Numbered from the whole stretch's first letter, positions 25,621 through 38,269 are shown. The stretch is 63,869 bases of DNA, filler included, from Octopus bimaculoides (GCF_001194135.2; 5 parts of 5 records of this genome joined end to end with filler, not necessarily neighbours in it), one strand, 5' to 3'. Notes: generated by a model from the sequence alone, not told the origin. Made by a program: numbers and translations.

Positions 25621-26109
25621 AGAAATTGAACTTTATCCCTCATTTTTGTATTTGTCTATTAGGTTTTTTGGTAGTTTATGAATTTTTAGTCGTGTATATT
25701 TAACTTTTCGATAGTTCTATTTGTATTTTATTCGTTTATATATTTTTACCTTCTGTGATTTTATGTATATATATTATTTTCTACGTGTTTGAAAACCATG
25801 GTGATTTTTTTATATAGGATTAAATGTTTGAGGGGTGGTGTTGTGTGTAAAGTTGTTGACCCAAATTTAATTTAATGTTTGTTCTATAACCAATGCTTCT
25901 TTACATATATGTATATATATATATATATACTCGACAGGCTTCTTTCAGTTTCTGTCTACCAAATCCACTCACAAGGCTTTGGTTGGCCTGAGGCTATAGT
26001 AGAAGACACTTGCCCAAGGTCCAACGCAGTGGGACTGAATCCAGAACCATGTGGTTGGGAAGCAAGCTTCTTACCACACACTATGCCTGACCCACTTTTT
26101 GAGATCCTG

Positions 26110-26653
26110 GGTTTATGAGTTTTATCTTTCAGCTCACTATGCAAAAGTGAGCTGAAATTTTTCAAGCACAAGATCTCAACTTTGAACGAAGTGCATAGAT
26201 TTCTACTATCATAACAAAAGCTTTTGCATGCTACCAAGAAAAAAGAGTGAAAAAAGCTTCTTCTAAGCAAACAACTCTAGACTTGTTTTTTAAAGAGAAA
26301 TCTACAAGTCTGTCTATGAGTGCTTGTGAATTGGTGATCACACCTACAAGTGATGGTGTGCACGAGTCTAATGTGAGTGAAAGTGATTCAGAAAATGATT
26401 ATAATAATAATATTTTTTATTATAAATTATCTTTACATTCTTATTACTTTACATAAAATATTCTTTATATTTTACTGTTGTTTTATTACCATTTCTTTAT
26501 GAGTATTATAAATATTATAGGTGAAATATTTTTCTGGGAATGAATTACGATTTATAACATTGCTACTATTGGAAATTATTGCTCTGCTTTACAAGTTTTC
26601 ACTTTACGAGCAATCTCCAGGAACAAATTAACTCGTATGTCAAGGCATTACTG
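26110..26653 (+). mobile_element. Tigger/pogo DNA transposon 3' fragment
   Basis: ...CYQEKRVKKASSKQTTLDLFFK resembles the Tigger transposase C-terminus; TIR-like end aattaactcgtatgtcaaggcattactg followed by TA. Confidence 0.65.
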
Positions 26654-27469
26654 TATTTAATAAGTTTAACCCTTTAGTGTTCAGATTAATCTGTGAAATT
26701 TAATTAAATCATCATCATCGTCATCGTCATCGTCGTCGTTTAACATCCGCTTTCCATGCTAGCATGGGTTGGACGATTTGACCGAGGACTGGTGAAACCA
26801 GATGGCTACACCAGGCTCCAATAATCTGATTTGGCAGTGTTTCTACAGCTGGATGCCCTTCCTAACGCCAACCACTCAGAGAGTGTAGTGGGTGCTTTTA
26901 CGTGTCCACCGCACGAAGGCCAGTCAGGCGGTACTGGCAACGGCCACGCTCATCTCGCTCGAGAAACCTCATGTGTCACCCGCACAAGAGCCAGTCCAGG
27001 GGCACCGGCAACGATCTCGCTCGAAAATCCTACAACAACCCCACACAAGAGCCAGTTCAGGGGCACCGGCAACGATTGTCGTTTAACGTCTGCCTTCCAT
27101 GCTGGCATGAGTTGGACAGTTTGATTGAGGACTGGTGAGCCAGAGACTGCACCTGGCTTAATCTGATCTGGCAAAGTTTTTACACTTTGTTTTAAATTAA
27201 TTTTGCATTATCTCATAACTTTGAAATTTTGATGATGTGATTGTTTATATTCTAAACGACATTGCAAGATAGGTGTGAAAGGCTAGATCTGGTAGGTTTC
27301 AATATTAAACAGAATATTTGGCCAATTGTTGCTTATTTAAAATGTTAAAGGGTTAAAAGAAATTTCTCTTTATTTCATTTGTATTACTTACCATTTTTTA
27401 TTTCACTACACTTCCTCTATTTGCTTGAACTGTATCTCTTCCTTTGGTTTTTATGTTTCTATTTAACAG

Positions 27470-27653
27470 CCCAAAACATATAATTGAGGTTAGCGGAGCC
27501 AGGAAATCACCCTTAAATGAAATCATTATTGAACTTCGGCCTTACAATGTTAAAAACCCAAATGTTAGAATAACACTTGTATTGAAAGCAGCGGATGATA
27601 ATGTTGTTTGGGTTATTCGTTCACGCAAAATTATGGGTTCCTTGGATATTTAT
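27470..27653 (+). CDS. TGFBR3: TGFBR3-like exon E (phase 2-0, 184 nt): PKHIIEVSGARKSPLNEIIIELRPYNVKNPNVRITLVLKAADDNVVWVIRSRKIMGSLDIY
   Basis: tttctatttaacag acceptor, gtaagt donor. HIIE...I.I..RP...LVLK...V.WVI.S..I.GSL.I matches betaglycan HIIEL...ITIDIRP...LILKCKKSVNWVIKSFDVKGSLKII. Confidence 0.92.
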
Positions 27654-28107
27654 GTAAGTAAATATTTCTTCAAATGTTTTTTTTTCCTTCTGTGTCCAAG
27701 ACAATTTTAGCCTCTTCATTCATAATGTTCTAATTGTGTTTTTTTCCTTTTGTTTACATGGTTTTGTGTATGTTATTGTGTGTTCATCTTTCTTTTATGT
27801 TTCTTACAAAATTGAAGAAGGAAAGAAAAAGAAAAAAAGAAAAAGAAAACAATAATTTGTGTCAGTTGTTTTGTTTAAAAATGGGGGTTCAGGGTGTAGG
27901 AAATATGAACAAAACTAATACAACATATTTAGTTTTGTTTTGTTAGTAAAAAAAATGTTTCCTCGAAGAGAAAAATAATTGCAAATTGATCTTCTTTTTC
28001 ACCACACAGGATGTCACAATTCTACTTAGCAAATATGGTGATTCTATGGCGTGAACCAAGAGTATTGTACACAGACATTGAAGCATACAAACTTGGCCTT
28101 TATGTGA

Positions 28108-28159
<52 letters not shown>

Positions 28160-28665
28160 CTATATATATATGTATCTATATATATATATATGTATATATA
28201 TATANNNNNNNNNNNNNNNNNNNNNNNNNNNNNNNNNNNNNNNNNNNNNNNNNNNNNNNNNNNNNNNNNNNNNNNNNNNNNNNNNNNNNNNNNNNNNNNN
28301 NNNNNNNNNNNNNNNNNNNNNNNNNNNNNNNNNNNNNNNNNNNNNNNNNNNNNNNNNNNNNNNNNNNNNNNNNNNNNNNNNNNNNNNNNNNNNNNNNNNN
28401 NNNNNNNNNNNNNNNNNNNNNNNNNNNNNNNNNNNNNNNNNNNNNNNNNNNNNNNNNNNNNNNNNNNNNNNNNNNNNNNNNNNNNNNNNNNNNNNNNNNN
28501 NNNNNNNNNNNNNNNNNNNNNNNNNNNNNNNNNNNNNNNNNNNNNNNNNNNNNNNNNNNNNNNNNNNNNNNNNNNNNNNNNNNNNNNNNNNNNNNNNNNN
28601 NNNNNNNNNNNNNNNNNNNNNNNNNNNNNNNNNNNNNNNNNNNNNNNNNNNNNNNNNNNNNNNNN

Positions 28666-28699
<34 letters not shown>

Positions 28700-28995
28700 C
28701 GTGTGTGTTTTTGTGTCTGTGTTCGCCCCCACTCCATCGTTTGATGACTAATGTTGGTATGTTTATGTTTCTATAACTTAGCAGTATGACAACAGAACCG
28801 ATAAAATAAGTACGAGGCTTACAAAGAATAAGTCCTGGGGTCAGTTTCTTTATAGCGATGCTCCAGCATAGCCACAGCCAGATGATTGAAAAAGTAGAAG
28901 AATATATCATCATCATCATCGTCATTCTTTAATGTCCACCTTCTATGCTATATATATGTATATATACGTATATATGTGTGTATATATATGTATAT

Positions 28996-29028
<33 letters not shown>

Positions 29029-29099
29029 CATACATATATACATGTGGATGCAGAGGGTACAGAGTCAACGCCACACGAACCATTGTCCAAGACCACCAC

Positions 29100-29405
29100 A
29101 GATGATGGATCAGGGATGGCCACCGCTAACACCAGGAACCCCTGCACAGATATCACACCCATATTCCTACTGAATATCCGGGGCCTATTACGAACAGGCG
29201 GCAAAGACAAGTTCCTATACTTGAAAGACCTAGTAACATGCAATCAAGCAATATGCATGGTGCTTACCGAAACGCATCTAACACCTAATATAGCAGATGC
29301 GGAGATAAATATACCAGAGTATGCCGTACTCCGAACAGACAGAAGGGATAGAAGTCATGGGGGAGTTGCAATGTACATCCGAGAAGATGTCACACCCCTA
29401 CTACT
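29100..29405 (+). mobile_element. LINE (CR1/L2-like) APE endonuclease N-terminal fragment, cut by a gap
   Basis: IFLLNIRGL...MVLTETHLTPNIADAEINIPEYAVLRTDRRDRSHGGVAMYIRED carries the classic N.RG, LTETHL and R.DR...GGVA.Y motifs. Confidence 0.9.
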
Positions 29406-29505
29406 NNNNNNNNNNNNNNNNNNNNNNNNNNNNNNNNNNNNNNNNNNNNTTAATTAATTAANNNNNNNNNNNNNNNNNNNNNNNNNNNNNNNNNNNNNNN
29501 NNNNN
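29406..29505. other. Artificial 100-nt assembly join: 44 N + TTAATTAATTAA + 44 N (also at 37071-37170, 45424-45523, 62496-62595)
   Basis: Identical geometry four times; TTAATTAATTAA puts a stop codon in all six frames. Confidence 0.95.
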
Positions 29506-29723
29506 TAATATACACATATACAAAGTCACAAGCATGCACTCATATACGCATACATATGAATGCATGCATAGATATACGTATACATGCACCAACATACTTG
29601 CATACTGATCTATAAATAACATCTACACATACATGCTTGGACACATACACACATTGACACACACACACACACACATATCGATACGTACAAATATAATACA
29701 TACACAAACGTACGTAAGTACGT

Positions 29724-29758
<35 letters not shown>

Positions 29759-30260
29759 CGCACATAACCGTGCGCCTAACAAGATTCATAGAGCTTTCAA
29801 CTCAGAGAAAGCCACCATTCATGCATTCATTAATATTATTTTATACATTTCTTTCTCAGATATCGATGTTCTTCATGAGTCATGTTTTAAAATATATTTT
29901 TGGCTGTTTTAAAAAATTGCTACATTTGAAGAAGTAGATATAGATGGAATTTCCTTCGCGGTGCTATCGCATCATTCATAATACACATCTTTTATGGTTC
30001 ATCTTTTACCTGTTTTTAGTCATTGGACTACGGCTATGTCGGGGCACCGCCCTGAAGGTCTTTTAGCTCAACAAATGAACCCCAGTAATTGTTTTTATGT
30101 CTGGCACTTATTTTGTCGAACGCCGTTGTTGGACCGCTGAATTATGGGAACATGGGTTCAGTCCCACTGCGTAGCACCATGGGCAAGTGTCTTCTATAGC
30201 CTCGGGCCGACTAAAGCCTTGTGAGTGGATATGGTAGACAGAAACTGAAAGGAGCCCGTC

Positions 30261-30319
<59 letters not shown>

Positions 30320-32214
30320 TGTGTGTCTGTGTTTGTCACCCCAACATCGCTTGACAACCGATGCTGATGTGTTTATGTCCCCGTAATTTAGCAGTTCGGC
30401 TAAAGAGTCCAATAGAATAAGTACTAGGCTTACAAAGAATAAGTGCTGAGGTCGATTTTCTCGACTTAAGGCGGTGCTCCAGCATGGCCGCAGTCAAATG
30501 ACTGAAACAAGTAAAAGAGTAAACCAACACTAATTGTCGAGCGGTCATGGGGGACAAACTCGAACGTAAATACACACACACACATTAATATAAACGTGAC
30601 CGGCTTCCACAAACTTACTCATAAGATATTGGTCAGCCGAGGGCTAAAGTTGAAGATATTCGTCCGAAAAAACGCGCAGTGGGACCGAACCTGAAACCAT
30701 GTGCATTCAAAGCGATGCTCTTAACCATACAGCCATGCATGTATATATATATATATATATATATATATTCTTTTACTCTTATTTGTTTCAATCATTTGAC
30801 TGCGGTCATGCTGGAGCACTGCCTTTAGTGGAAGAAATCGACCCCAGGACTTACTCTTTGTAAGCCTAATACTTACTCTACCGGTCTTTTTTGCCGAANN
30901 NNNNNNNNNNNNNNNNNNNNNNNNNNNNNNNNNNNNNNNNNNNNNNNNNNNNNNNNNNNNNNNNNNNNNNNNNNNNNNNNNNNNNNNNNNNNNNNNNNNN
31001 NNNNNNNNNNNNNNNNNNNNNNNNNNNNNNNNNNNNNNNNNNNNNNNNNNNNNNNNNNNNNNNNNNNNNNNNNNNNNNNNNNNNNNNNNNNNNNNNNNNN
31101 NATATATATATATATATATATACGACGGGCTTCTTGCAGTTTCTGTCAACCAAATCTTTGAAGAAACATGAGGAAGTTATTGTTAAATATACAACAGGAT
31201 GCATCTAGCACGCATTGCTGTCATGAAGACGGTACACATTACTCTAACGAAGGCTGAGAGATACCACGCAAACACACACAGAGCTCCCGATATATCGTCG
31301 TATCCACTATGCCTTACTATAATCGTTAGTTCTTAGCTCAAAAAAAAGAAAATTGACAACAACAATGATTACAAGAACAGTAAAGAATTTGACTACAGCA
31401 ACGTTACAATCAATAACAAACCTCAATACTAACATCAGTGAAATCAAAACTTAAAGCTCAAAAGAAATTACCTATTAATACACGAAACACGGACGGACTG
31501 ATACACAGACAGGCAGACATGTATCAGATGAAATTGAGAGAAAGAAAGTGTGTGTGTGTGTTTGTACGAGAGAGAGAGAGAGATATAGGCGCGAGGAAGG
31601 AAAAGGAAAACAAGTGCACGACACGAAATAGTTTGAGTCTAATGGCGCCAAACTGTAGTGATGGCGTCTAATGTACAATGGTGTTTAAATGGACAGGAAA
31701 TTCATTAGGTGTTGCAGGTGGAAAATAAAAAGCCTTTAGTAAGCAATTAGGTTAGGTACAGCTTGTAAAATCTGTCTAAAAAACACACACACACACACTG
31801 ATATCAATAGGTATAGGTTATTAATTATATATATGTATATATATATGTATCTCGTTATTTGTTTTGTTATTTTCGCCGTTTTGTTTATTTGTTATTTATT
31901 CATTGGTGTTTTTGTGGGTATTTTTTTTTTTGTACAAGTAAATCTGAATGCCATTACAGAGTAGAAAATCGCCTGTCAAACATTATTAATTGGTCGATTA
32001 CATTGTTTCGTAGCAGTCGTTTAACATACGAGCTAAATTGATACGTTTGATTGTTTTCTCTCAATCGTATTCAACACCTCATTGAACAACTGATAACAGA
32101 AAAGATATACTTATATGACTGTATGCATGTACGTAAAACTTAGTTTGTGAACATGGATGTATGTGTGCACGCGCAGCACACACACATACACACGTTTGTA
32201 TATAAAATGTTTTT

Positions 32215-32440
32215 AGCTCCAGGAGGTGGATAGCTTGTTAGACTTATTTTCATATGTAAATGAGTAAGAGCGTTAACTGAAGCTAAATTTAAAGGGATTT
32301 GAAGTCATTCCTATGCAAGCTTTAAAGAAGGCACTGGTTTTGACTGTATATTTGTAGAAGTGTTCTTTGCTAAACTGTTGTCATCGAGTGAACAGGTATT
32401 GGTCATATCGTACCATTTTTCTGAGGAATGGGTTTTGCTC
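32215..32440 (-). mobile_element. Decayed Penelope-like GIY-YIG endonuclease fragment
   Basis: TCSLDDNSLAKN..YKYTVKT...CIGMTSNPFK...SFTYENKSN resembles CPL.G.CL...VY.A.V...YIG.T...FK.R...H..SF. Confidence 0.55.
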
Positions 32441-32559
32441 TTGTTGAGTTTCTTGTGGCTGGATGTGGATCAGATATAGTCAAATTTAGGAGTGACGGAA
32501 TGTAAAATTATAGCGGTATTTTTGTTACATATACCGCAGTGCTTGTAATATTTAGACAA

Positions 32560-32905
32560 TCTCCACATCCCAACATAAATATGCATACGTAGCTGCCTCG
32601 AAAAATCAATTTAAAGTCCGTTATCGCAACCACATCTCATCATTCCGAAAAATAAACAGATGACACGCGGCTCCTCCGGCAGATCTAATATGGAGACTGA
32701 AAAAATCAAAAATTAAACACAAAATAAAATGGTCAATAATAAAAAAAAAATGCACACCTATATAATTCGCTATCCAGCAAATGTGACCCCGAGGAAGCAT
32801 TTAGTATACTGCTGAGTAATGAGAACCTGGTAAACAAGCAGGATGAGAAAATTCCAAGGTGTAACTACCGCGCCAAATATGCATTTTCAAGATGGGACAG
32901 TGTAT
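32560..32905 (+). mobile_element. Decayed Penelope-like GIY-YIG endonuclease C-terminal fragment
   Basis: YAYVAASKNQFKVRYRNHISSFRK...LIWRLKKSKIKHKIKWSII...SKCD...LVNKQDE..PRCNYR matches PLE C-termini (FK.RY.NH..SFR, IW.LK...I.W.I). Confidence 0.75.
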
Positions 32906-34135
32906 AAAAATAATTATAATTCAGCTTTCCCCTTCCCACCATTCCCATATATATGTATATATACTGGAGTGCCCCAAAATATACCTATGTACATACATAT
33001 ATATAAGTAAATGTGCGTGTATGTATGAGTATGAATGTATTTGTTGATCGGTGTATGTATATAAGCAAGCGTATATATAACACATTTAAAGTCATATTGA
33101 ATCTTGCTTGCTTGCAATGTTACTCAGCCAAACTGGCGCACAATGGGAAAATACTATGAATTAAGGTCCTCTGAAATGTAAATACGAACGGAATGAAACA
33201 AATTTCGCGTAAATCGGTTAAGTGGCTGTGAAAATATTAGTTTTCAGGGTATAAATACCCAAGACGGTGCATAATTGGGAAACGTCTCAGAAATTAACTT
33301 AATCCTGAAAAGGAAGTAACTCTTACCTTTCGATTAGACACAATGACTTGACAACGAAAGAATGCTATTTGTTTTTTCTTTTTGTTTTTTTTTTTTCAGT
33401 AAATGTTTCTATTTTTGCTTTTGATAAACACAATATTTTAATCATTTAGAAATATTTTTAAGTGAATATGATTTCAAAAATGTAAGTTGTTTGTACAATA
33501 AGTATTTATATTTTAGCTTTCTTTAAACAGAGTATTTTGATGTCTTTTTAGATTATTTTCTTGTGAATACCATTACAAAAAGTGTTTTTGGCATATTTAA
33601 AAAATTGTTTTAGAGTGAAAATGACTTTAAAGATACAGTAAATATTTCGTAAAAAAAACCGTTCGTAACCTCGGTAGCAGCCTTCCCTTTCATGGGACTG
33701 TCACATTAAGTTGACAACATACTATCACTTTACTGTGCTGCTACTGCATAAATCTCTCTGAGATTTAGAAATGTATTATTTCCGTTTTCAATCATTTTTT
33801 TTCCATACGTTTTTTTTTTTCCAGTGCATTCAACGTATCTCACTGCCAAAGATTTGGCTGCTATTTCTAGCACGACCTGCTGTCACGTAGCAGCTATTTG
33901 CGATAAAGGACCCGAAATACCTGTTACGTGGTAGCAGGGCAGGCAAGAAATAGCAGCTAATTCTTTCCTTTTCTGCGGAAAGGAGCAGCTTACGAGTGAT
34001 TACGATGTCACATTGTCATATTGGTTGAAAGCCTGCAAAATAACCTGGATAAGAAAAATAAACCACGAAACAAAACTCCGTTACTGCGAAACTCAGACTT
34101 TCCTGGTGACCCAACGAATCACGGGTAGTCTAGTA

Positions 34136-34432
34136 CAGAGGTTTTCAAACTTTTTGACTTGCGGACCTCTTTATATTTCAGGCTTTACCTTAGGGACCCC
34201 CTTATAAACGCTTATGAAATTTATACATAAATATTTGCTTAAAATAACATTTATTTTTACATTTATTTATTTAACAGTATTTAACAAATATGTTTATTGT
34301 CAATTAAAAGATTTCGATTAAAAAACATATATAAAATCAAATTGCTCATAAAAAGTATTTGCAGTCCACGGACCCCCTGTCTTGTCCTTGCGGACCTCAT
34401 GTGGTCCGCGGACCACAGTTTGAAAACCCCTG
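34136..34432. mobile_element. hAT-type MITE (297 bp) with perfect 8-bp TSD GTCTAGTA
   Basis: TIRs cagaggttttcaaact / agtttgaaaacccctg; GTCTAGTA at 34128-34135 and 34433-34440. Confidence 0.92.
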
Positions 34433-35264
34433 GTCTAGTATATATATATATATTATATATATATATACTTTTTTACTTGTTTGAGTCATTTTGACTGTGG
34501 TCATGCTGGAACTGGTTACTTCTGAAGTCTTTTTAAACAGTCAGACATCAGTTTACCTAAAAACTGATGAAAGTTGAAATTAATGTATGCAAGATTTCAC
34601 AGCTCTAGCATCACTCCTTCTTAATCAACCTATGAACTTTTCAGCCACCCTCGTATGTGTTCTCAGTTTCTTACCCATATCCACTCGCAAGGCTTCGGTG
34701 TGCCTGGGACACTTGCCCAAGGTGCCACGCTGAACCTGACACTACGTGGTTGGAGAGCAAACTTTTTGCCCCACAGCCATGCCCGTGTGAGTGTGCGCAC
34801 GCATGTTTGCGTACGTGTGTATGTATGCCGACCGACCGACTGAGCGACCTACCGACTTTTCTATTAATCAATCTAAAATTTCCTCATCAGTATAATTGTA
34901 ACTCTAATTAATTAAAACGTCTTATTACATCAATGAGGTTAGCACCCACTTTACAAGCCAACTATCTGTAACATACCTAAATTACCTATCAACTGTCCTA
35001 CCTGCAAACCTACCTTAATTGCCTATCAAATGCCCTGTTTGTATGTCTCTATGTCTGTCTCTTTCTAATTTCATATATACGTGTGTCTGCGTGTGTGTGT
35101 ATGTGTGTGTGTGTGTGTGTATGTGTGTGTGTGTGTGTGTGTGTGTACCATTGATTACCATTCCTTTATCAGACATCTTTTCTATTTATCTATATATTTA
35201 ACAATCATCCAGTTCTGTCATCACTCTCTCATTCATTTATCTTCCCTCTCTCTCTCTCCCTCTC

Positions 35265-35295
<31 letters not shown>

Positions 35296-35692
35296 CCTTT
35301 TCTCTTTCTCTATCAGATCTTACTCTTCAGCTGTCACACTTCAGCTCTCATCTGTCTGTCTTTCTCTCTCTCTGTCTTTCTCTCTCTCTGTCTTTCTCTC
35401 TCTCTGTCTTTCTCTCTCACCTCTCTTTCTCTCTCTCACCTCTCTTTCTCACTCTCTCGTCTCGCTCTCCTCCTCTTTTGTCATTCTCTCTCTCTCCTCC
35501 GTCTCTCTCTCTCTCTCTCCTCTGTCTTTCTCTCTCACCTCTCTGTTTTTTTTCTTTTTTCTCTCCCATATTCACGCACACACACACACACACACACACA
35601 TTCACACACATACACGTTCAATACTCAGTCTTTCACATATACTACAGAAATAATTTCCGCACACACTACATTTACACATATTTCACTCTAAC

Positions 35693-35727
<35 letters not shown>

Positions 35728-35974
35728 GCGCTCTGCACTTATTCACGCACTTATATACATACGCTACACTCACGCATACGTACACCATGGGAGCACACAC
35801 ACATGCACACGCACTCACTTTCATACATACACTACATGTACATACATATATACCTGCACACACTTGTATACACAGGCACAGAGACATACCCACTCAGACA
35901 CGTGCATACACACACACACCCACTTTCATACATGAACTACACGAGTATACATACATATATACCCACATACGCAT

Positions 35975-36036
<62 letters not shown>

Positions 36037-37524
36037 ATTTTCACACCACACACACACTTATTCACACACACACACACACACACTTATTCACACACACACA
36101 CACTTATTCACACACACATTTACACATACTGCAGACTGCACACGCATTACACACAACCACATAATCATTCGTAGAATCACATACACTACCCTTACATATG
36201 TATACGTACATCAAACGAACACGCACGCACGCACGCACGAAACTTTGTCAATTCTTAATTGTGGCAAGACTAGGCGTTCATTCTCAATAAATAAATAAAT
36301 AAAAGCAATGAGAGTGTCTGCTATATTTAAAAGCCATTATTTCGGTGTTACATCTAGACTGAACTAGTTGAATCTCCAAGTGTATAAATAGACTAGGTAG
36401 ACAAACCGACTGGTGATCATTGAAGCGTGAAGATGATCTGGTCGGTCAGTCAGTCAGTCAGATGTGGAGAACTAGCAATAAATAATTAAAATAAATAAAT
36501 GCTTCTTCTTTTTTAATTATTATTATTATTAAAGGTGTACCGAAGCAAAGTATGGCCGAATGGTAAATTCGCTTCAAAAGCACTGCGTAACAGGCTCGAT
36601 TCGACTGCGAGTCATCGTTCGTAATGTCATTTGTCTATATCTTCGGGTCGACCCATTAACTGAGAAGACGCAGGTATGGCTGTGTATGGTTAAAGAAGCT
36701 CGTTTGTAGCCACGTGGTCTCAGGTTCAATCCCAATGCTCGATATTTTGGTTAAGCGTCTTCTATTGTAGCTATGCTGTCAGTCCTTCATACGTCGAAAT
36801 CGACGGGGAGAAACCAATAGTGTGTGTGTGTGTGTGTATACATCAATATCGTTTGACAACCGCTGTTGGTTTGTATAGCAGTTCGGTAAAAGAGATCGAT
36901 ATATTAAGTACCAGGCTGTAAGAAATAAGTACTTGGACCGATTTGTTCGACTAAATCCTTTAAGGCTTTAAAGGTGTACTAAGGTGTGGTGTGGCCGAAT
37001 AATTTAGAAGATCGCTTCACAACCACGAGATCCCAGTTTCGCCCCCCCCACACTTCAAATCATTCTGTGANNNNNNNNNNNNNNNNNNNNNNNNNNNNNN
37101 NNNNNNNNNNNNNNTTAATTAATTAANNNNNNNNNNNNNNNNNNNNNNNNNNNNNNNNNNNNNNNNNNNNTTCACTAATGTTTTTAAATTACGTTTCATT
37201 TTCTGCTTGAAAATAAGGAAAGTGGAGACTGTAATGGTGATAGCCGATTTCCAAATGGCCAAAATCGGTACTGAGTGGGGAAGAGTGTTTTGAAAAAATT
37301 CCTAAATTTAAAATAAAAAGAATTTCATATAAAGCTTCTTCCCATCATCTGTATGGGTGTGGTGAAAAACAAAATTGGAAATCCCCATTAAAACGGAGAA
37401 AATGCAACTTATGTAGGTGTGCTATTCCGAAAGTCCGTCAAGGTACACCATTGTGAAAATTACTCGGTAACAACGGTATACTCAGCAATTGTGCGCGTGT
37501 ATGTGTGTATGTGTGTATGTTTGT

Positions 37525-37580
<56 letters not shown>

Positions 37581-37662
37581 AAAGAAAACAATATCCCATC
37601 TAAAAATATAAAGTATTTTAAAAACATCAATAGCAACTAGATTATGCCTAGAAGATTACAAC

Positions 37663-37870
37663 TTACTCAAAGTAGCCGCCCCCAGCTCCCACCACGACCT
37701 CAACACGACTACGGAACCTGGTGTATGCATTCCTCATTTGTCCCTGGGAAGATCTTCAAACTCCTCCTTGACCTTGGTCACCAACTCGGCCTTCATTTTG
37801 CATGCAGCGGGTTGATGTCGTTCTCAGTTGCGCCCCACACTTCGTACTCCAAGGGATTACAATCGAAACA
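37663..37870 (-). mobile_element. Tc1/mariner-superfamily transposase C-terminal fragment
   Basis: DCNPLEYEVWG...KAELVTKVKEEFEDL...AYTRFRSRVEVVVGAGGGYFE* resembles SPDLNPLDY..WG...FR.R.EAVIEA.GG..E. Confidence 0.75.
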
Positions 37871-38127
37871 ATTCGTTTCGCCTGGTCTTTAAGTATACTA
37901 TGTTTTTTCAACTATATATTTTTAAAGGGGATTTCCCTGGATGAAATACCGAAGCTTAAAAGCGTTTAACAACACTCATTAAGTATGTAATGTTGAGAGT
38001 GACCATTGCTTTCGCACCAATAAAGCACTTAGACTCATATGGCTGGAGGCTCATAAACTCTCTACAATTGGAGGGAGGAAAACATCATGGTTAGTTAATA
38101 TTGTAAATAAAAAATTCCCGGAAAGAA

Positions 38128-38185
38128 AGTCCACTGGTACAGTCCACTGGTACAGTCACTGGTACAGTCCACTGGTACAGTCACC
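38128..38185. repeat. Short tandem repeat, ~13-bp unit agtccactggtac, about 4.5 copies
   Basis: Read directly. Confidence 0.9.
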
Positions 38186-38269
38186 TTTCTGTATGAACCG
38201 AAGGTCCTCTTAACCGAGTTGTAGAATTCATAGGTGTTGTTCTCGTCTGCAAAACGTTGAATTTCTAGC

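Noticed and set aside
28011-28110. Acceptor-like cacacag followed by an open frame (MSQFYLANM...) as the next TGFBR3 exon
   Set aside because: The required phase-0 frame stops after 14 codons, and no frame resembles betaglycan.
35081-36174. ORFs of 120-230 aa rich in SL or HT repeats (also at 8.7-9.1, 10.4-11.1, 24.2-24.6, 46.3-46.8 and 63.1-63.4 kb)
   Set aside because: Translations of CT, CA, TA, TCTA and trinucleotide microsatellites.
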